From Candidatus Aenigmatarchaeota archaeon (GTDB taxonomy: Archaea; Aenigmatarchaeota; Aenigmatarchaeia; Aenigmatarchaeales; JACQIB01), in the NCBI GenBank assembly GCA_016198755.1, contig JACQIB010000005.1, forward strand, positions 176,931-240,930: 64,000 nt of DNA. The letters run 5' to 3'. Of this stretch, positions 61,501 to 64,000 are shown piece by piece. Position 1 is the first letter of the stretch, and each line of letters begins with the position of its first letter. Both the position numbers and the translations under genes were made by a program. The notes below the pieces were generated by a model. The model saw only the letters and a program-made list of their open reading frames with translations. It did not search any database and was not told where the DNA came from.

Positions 61501-62779
61501 AAGAAAGCTTTCCATTTGAATCACAGAAACCTTCGTTCAACTGTGTTGAAGTTGCACAATAATCATAATAGGTTGAATAGGAGTTTGTTGTGGATTTTGG
61601 AGTGTTTGGATTTGGTTCCTGCCCATAAATTGCATTATAGCCTGCCGCTGCACCTCCATAGATACCAACTGCAACACCGTTTGTATTCGAGTTAATGCCC
61701 CCATCAGAATCTGTGCATGCACCGCTGTATGGAGGGGTGGTGGTTGTTGTGGTTGATTGTGCAATGCAATGCCCATCAGAACAACTGTAACCAGAAGCAC
61801 ATGTCTGAGTCTGAGATGAAGCTGAAGTAGCTTGGCTGGAACCGCAATAATATTCTATAACACTGTTACCTGAACAATAGTCTGTATATGTGGCATAATT
61901 TACTGTAACGGTGCCCTTTGTGTTTATATCATTCCCATTGTCAGAATCAATGCAAGCTGAAGGTTTTATTTCCAAGAGCCCATCACTCGTGTCCTTTACG
62001 CTCTTTGAATTCTCATAGCAGCTGTTTCTGTCTGCTATGGTTGGACAGGTTGAAACTCTTACCTTATAACTACCGAGAGAAACATACTCAGGAATAGTCC
62101 AAGAAGTTGTGCCTGGATTTCCATTAACATTCACAAGGTTGCTGACTTTAATAGTTCCAGAAGAGTCCAGCAAATCTATATAGACATAATTTACACCTGA
62201 AGATGTCCATGAAATTGTTACAGTGTCTTTAAGTCTCCATGTTTCTCCACCGTTTGGGGAAGTTACAGTAATGCTGGCTGGACCAGTTGTGGTTGTTGTG
62301 CTGGTTGTAGTTGTGGCTAGAGTTGTAGTTGTTGTGGTGGTTGTGGTTGTAGCACAGTTTGTAGCTGCGGAGCAGTCAGAATCAGAGCAATCTATTGTAC
62401 CGTCATAATCATCGTCTTTACCATCAGCGCAGGATGTTTCTGTTGCAGGCTTCTGAACACTGGCACCGTTGGCACATGTATATGATGCATCATTGGCAGT
62501 CGCTGAGCTCAGAACGCAATATTTTGTATAAAGGTCGTTTGAAACCACATGGTCTGAACAATGGTAATTATTTACACGCCAGCTTTCGCCAACAATACAG
62601 TAGTTTCTTCCAGAAGGTTCTGCACCATTGCAAGTGCAGTAGTATGCACCACTCTTATAACAATCTGCTGCTGTAGTGCACTTGTCTAATGCAAAAGATA
62701 TTGAGCCAATAGAAGAGAACGCTAGTACAAACGATAATACCAAGACAGCAAAAATAAGGGTTTTCCTTGAACCAAGCAT
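58580..62779 (-). CDS. giant secreted Cys-rich surface protein, paralogue 2
   Basis: 1399 aa; signal/anchor, T-runs, beta-rich module, many Cys knots and CGNxxCExGE..C..DC repeats. C-terminal module is collinear with 36644..40213. Confidence 0.8.
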   Translation of the reverse strand: MLGSRKTLIFAVLVLSFVLAFSSIGSISFALDKCTTAADCYKSGAYYCTCNGAEPSGRNYCIVGESWRVNNYHCSDHVVSNDLYTKYCVLSSATANDASYTCANGASVQKPATETSCADGKDDDYDGTIDCSDSDCSAATNCATTTTTTTTTTLATTTTSTTTTTGPASITVTSPNGGETWRLKDTVTISWTSSGVNYVYIDLLDSSGTIKVSNLVNVNGNPGTTSWTIPEYVSLGSYKVRVSTCPTIADRNSCYENSKSVKDTSDGLLEIKPSACIDSDNGNDINTKGTVTVNYATYTDYCSGNSVIEYYCGSSQATSASSQTQTCASGYSCSDGHCIAQSTTTTTTPPYSGACTDSDGGINSNTNGVAVGIYGGAAAGYNAIYGQEPNPNTPKSTTNSYSTYYDYCATSTQLNEGFCDSNGKLSSFGYQCSYGCNNGVCLPAPATTTTTTAQKKYDGEACTSPSECTSNYCSNGYCGYSGCPASSKTCPDGTRVTCSNSKDTATNACRTDCYIPTCPSGTTTTYYTATTMACSSTYPSYCNSPDQCKGAGNNWCTNSGGGYCTRESCPYCQSAQSWNCYNEKDCKEIGKSNWCYPSGGGSGYCTTASCPVTGPPTTITPSFCGNGFCEYGETPDSCSSDCKRNVCPAVSYTDDLKRKCSANGGTLVTPPPAPGSYCSPQPTCSVCGNNICEFGETTGTCAQDCGKPVGGFVCGNNRCEQGETSFSCPADCTQISFCGNLICESGEERSCPGDCKAIDPPPGFYCPAQAKEYSKPTWDIASGAWCCTEKGGKAVGACSGSVQGTDRAILERCVKNSGLELYVYTNPSPTSQQEDEAGNHPSVKQATLLGNSFNVLKDLGRVVNCYEQPNVCAQKGIKNYPTWVIYNIPYGRIIEQQELGTLTGCSQFGGPGGTGPAPPPSDTPSFMFTTDPIEFLSAEALRHIKSELPPAFIDSICKNPNDIKEEIKRRTLYELSVRGSITDMCTELQKGAVQCDREIEFRCKDMKKKSDEFCSGREECRPFVPTESMIDACKNSGGSFVVEKDQTGCANIPRCQQSTEKGIPATPVSGAFVLRNGEVLNVATGLQTAEPTSVETFDRTSLCSTFMEKARFVCNELPRQCKAVKERAANCDPDKFKPELVAEKVADRVTSDLCKFKDYKIVKDVSQISVLPVVLSSDKKLTSDQITKVRGLTIKFDDAPLNLAGVYIYRGTAAPNRLGDLRRLEFLSDVDVDHVELSSAPAEKGSELKNFVGKLETMKELEKIPTSLQPRVSESQNDILEVSAGVEQVKNKSADVGYALQQFFGMVAEQERKDSIFLREKAEKLREIATNLQLIADSVGNVDARASLSEQISFLKEQADQYDKDANAKEAWSGGILSYFSQLFSGGSATTTTTTTTFT

Positions 62780-62841
62780 TTAAAAGTTGTGTTTTGCCTG
62801 CATAAAAGCTTTCTGTTTTTAACTATTTTAATATAACAGTG

Positions 62842-63207
62842 TTATATTTTCTTCTCTATGGCTTCCAGCCGCTTTTCTATTTTATCCAGCCTCTTTCCAA
62901 TATCTTCCCAAGCTTCCAGAACAAGCTCGTGCGGCGGTTTGTGTAAGTGTTCCGGTGGAAGAGGCCTGCCGCTTTTCAAATGCTCAAGAATTTTCCTGTC
63001 TTTCAGGAAATAGTACTTTTTCCCTTCTCTTAATTCCGTCCCTACTACACCGAGCTCCACCATCATCTGTAAATGGAAATCCACGGTCTGTGGAGCCATT
63101 TTCATTTCCTCAGCAATCTGGCTCAGGTATTTTTCTTTTTCCTTTAAGAGAAGAAGTATCTTTTGCCTTACTTCTGAAGCTAAAACCTTGTGTATCATTT
63201 CTGGCAT
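62842..63207 (-). CDS. ArsR-family wHTH regulator with C-terminal coiled-coil tail
   Basis: 121 aa; ASEVRQKILLLLKEKEKYLSQIAEEMKMAPQTVDFHLQMMVELGVV. Tail: KPPHELVLEAWEDIGKRLDKIEKRLEAIEKKI. Confidence 0.8.
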   Translation of the reverse strand: MPEMIHKVLASEVRQKILLLLKEKEKYLSQIAEEMKMAPQTVDFHLQMMVELGVVGTELREGKKYYFLKDRKILEHLKSGRPLPPEHLHKPPHELVLEAWEDIGKRLDKIEKRLEAIEKKI

Positions 63208-63321
63208 ACTATTATAGGTGGGTAATATAGTATATAAAGTTTCCAGTTTTCTATAAAAACAGAAAGCTTTAAATACTTGCAGGTATCATATAACTATATG
63301 AAACACGAAAGAGGTGATGTA

Positions 63322-63504
63322 ATGGGAAGTAAAATAGGGCATCTCAGAACTGCAGGGACAGGCTTTGCTGCTTCCAGTGCTATAACAGCTGTTTTCGCAG
63401 CAGGGCTGCTGCAGGCAGGAATACCTTTGAACGTTGTCCTTCCAACTTCAGCCCCTGTTTGGATGGGCTTTGGAACCACGCTGTTCATGGTCCTTAAGGA
63501 CTGA
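63322..63504 (+). CDS. small 2-TM membrane protein
   Basis: SD-like AGGTGA, then ATG 63322: MGSKIGHLRTAGTGFAASSAITAVFAAGLLQAG... Confidence 0.4.
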   Translation: MGSKIGHLRTAGTGFAASSAITAVFAAGLLQAGIPLNVVLPTSAPVWMGFGTTLFMVLKD

Positions 63505-63523
63505 AAAAAAGGAGGTGAGAAAA

Positions 63524-63628
63524 ATGCCATTCGAAAGAAAACCGCATGAAGAGGTTTTGGAACTTGTGGAGAGAAAATTTGAGGAATTAAACCGCAGGCT
63601 GGACAGGATAGAAGAGAAGCTGAGATAG
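63524..63628 (+). CDS. 34-aa helical micro-protein resembling the ArsR regulator tail
   Basis: GGAGGTGA, then ATG 63524: MPFERKPHEEVLELVERKFEELNRRLDRIEEKLR*. Confidence 0.4.
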   Translation: MPFERKPHEEVLELVERKFEELNRRLDRIEEKLR

Positions 63629-63697
63629 GAAAGCTGGAAATGATGCTGCAGCAGATCCTAAGGCCGGCCAATATATAGAACCTTGATTTGGAAGACT

Positions 63698-64000
63698 CTA
63701 CAAATAACTAATTAATAGTTGATAAATCCTTTTGATTTCCGGATCGGTTATTATCCTTTCTGTTCTACCGGTAAAGAATGGTTGCAGAGCAGCTTTCTTT
63801 TCTGGCTGCTCTTTCCCATATTCATAAGCCTGCATAAGCATTTCTAGAGTTTCTACTTGCTTCAGAAACTTTGCCTCCTCGCTTTCCAGTTTCTCATACT
63901 CTTCAAAAAGCCCCAATAACTCCTCTCCTTCTTTATTCCCAATAATGCTGCATATTTTTTCCATTGCTTCTATTCCACGCTTATTGTATGTTTCTTTATC
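63698..64000 (-). CDS. HD-domain hydrolase (YfbR/5'-deoxynucleotidase-like), N-terminus beyond window
   Basis: The frame stays open to the window edge (..DKETYNKRGIEAMEKICSII..EEAKFLKQVETLEMLMQAYEY..). This is the C-terminal pattern of the COG1896 HD family. Confidence 0.6.
   Translation of the reverse strand, partial: DKETYNKRGIEAMEKICSIIGNKEGEELLGLFEEYEKLESEEAKFLKQVETLEMLMQAYEYGKEQPEKKAALQPFFTGRTERIITDPEIKRIYQLLISYL

Overview
Gene-dense, moderately AT-rich archaeal chromosome fragment. The archaeal assignment rests on aCPSF1, proteasome beta, RpoD/RpoN, L18e/S3Ae, Taw1, Bud32, Mre11-Rad50-HerA-NurA, a 7S SRP RNA and TATA-box promoters about 25 nt upstream of starts. Many small genes, Thr-rich linkers and giant Cys-rich surface proteins suggest a DPANN-like lineage; this is inference only. 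Housekeeping content: valS, proC-proS, psmB, aCPSF1, rps15/rps3ae, the rpl18e-rpl13-rps9-rpoN block, rpoD, SRP RNA and four tRNA genes that all encode CCA. Points worth a second look: (1) An eight-gene, tightly overlapping minus-strand operon (15477..19577) of Cys/Met/His-motif membrane proteins around a DUF411/CopG protein, with no known metal pump or oxidase. Two adjacent products end in the same MVGGC tail. (2) Two paralogous giant secreted Cys-rich proteins (1189 and 1399 aa) share an unassigned C-terminal module of about 650 aa. (3) Three of the four tRNA genes (Pro, Leu, Ile) only fold as cloverleaves if insertions at non-canonical positions are removed. The ORF track covers two of them with spurious ORFs. 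(4) Two AT-rich LAGLIDADG genes each end flush against the 5' end of a short conserved gene. One follows an orphan tRNA 5' fragment and overlaps tRNA-Ala. The other splits rps9 from an rpoN that carries an apparent 1-nt frameshift. (5) A 7-kb accessory block with oxidative-stress genes lies between tRNA-Leu/rpoD and rpl18e. No CRISPR array, integrase, transposase or rRNA was seen. All calls come from reading the sequence and the ORF translations; no searches were run.
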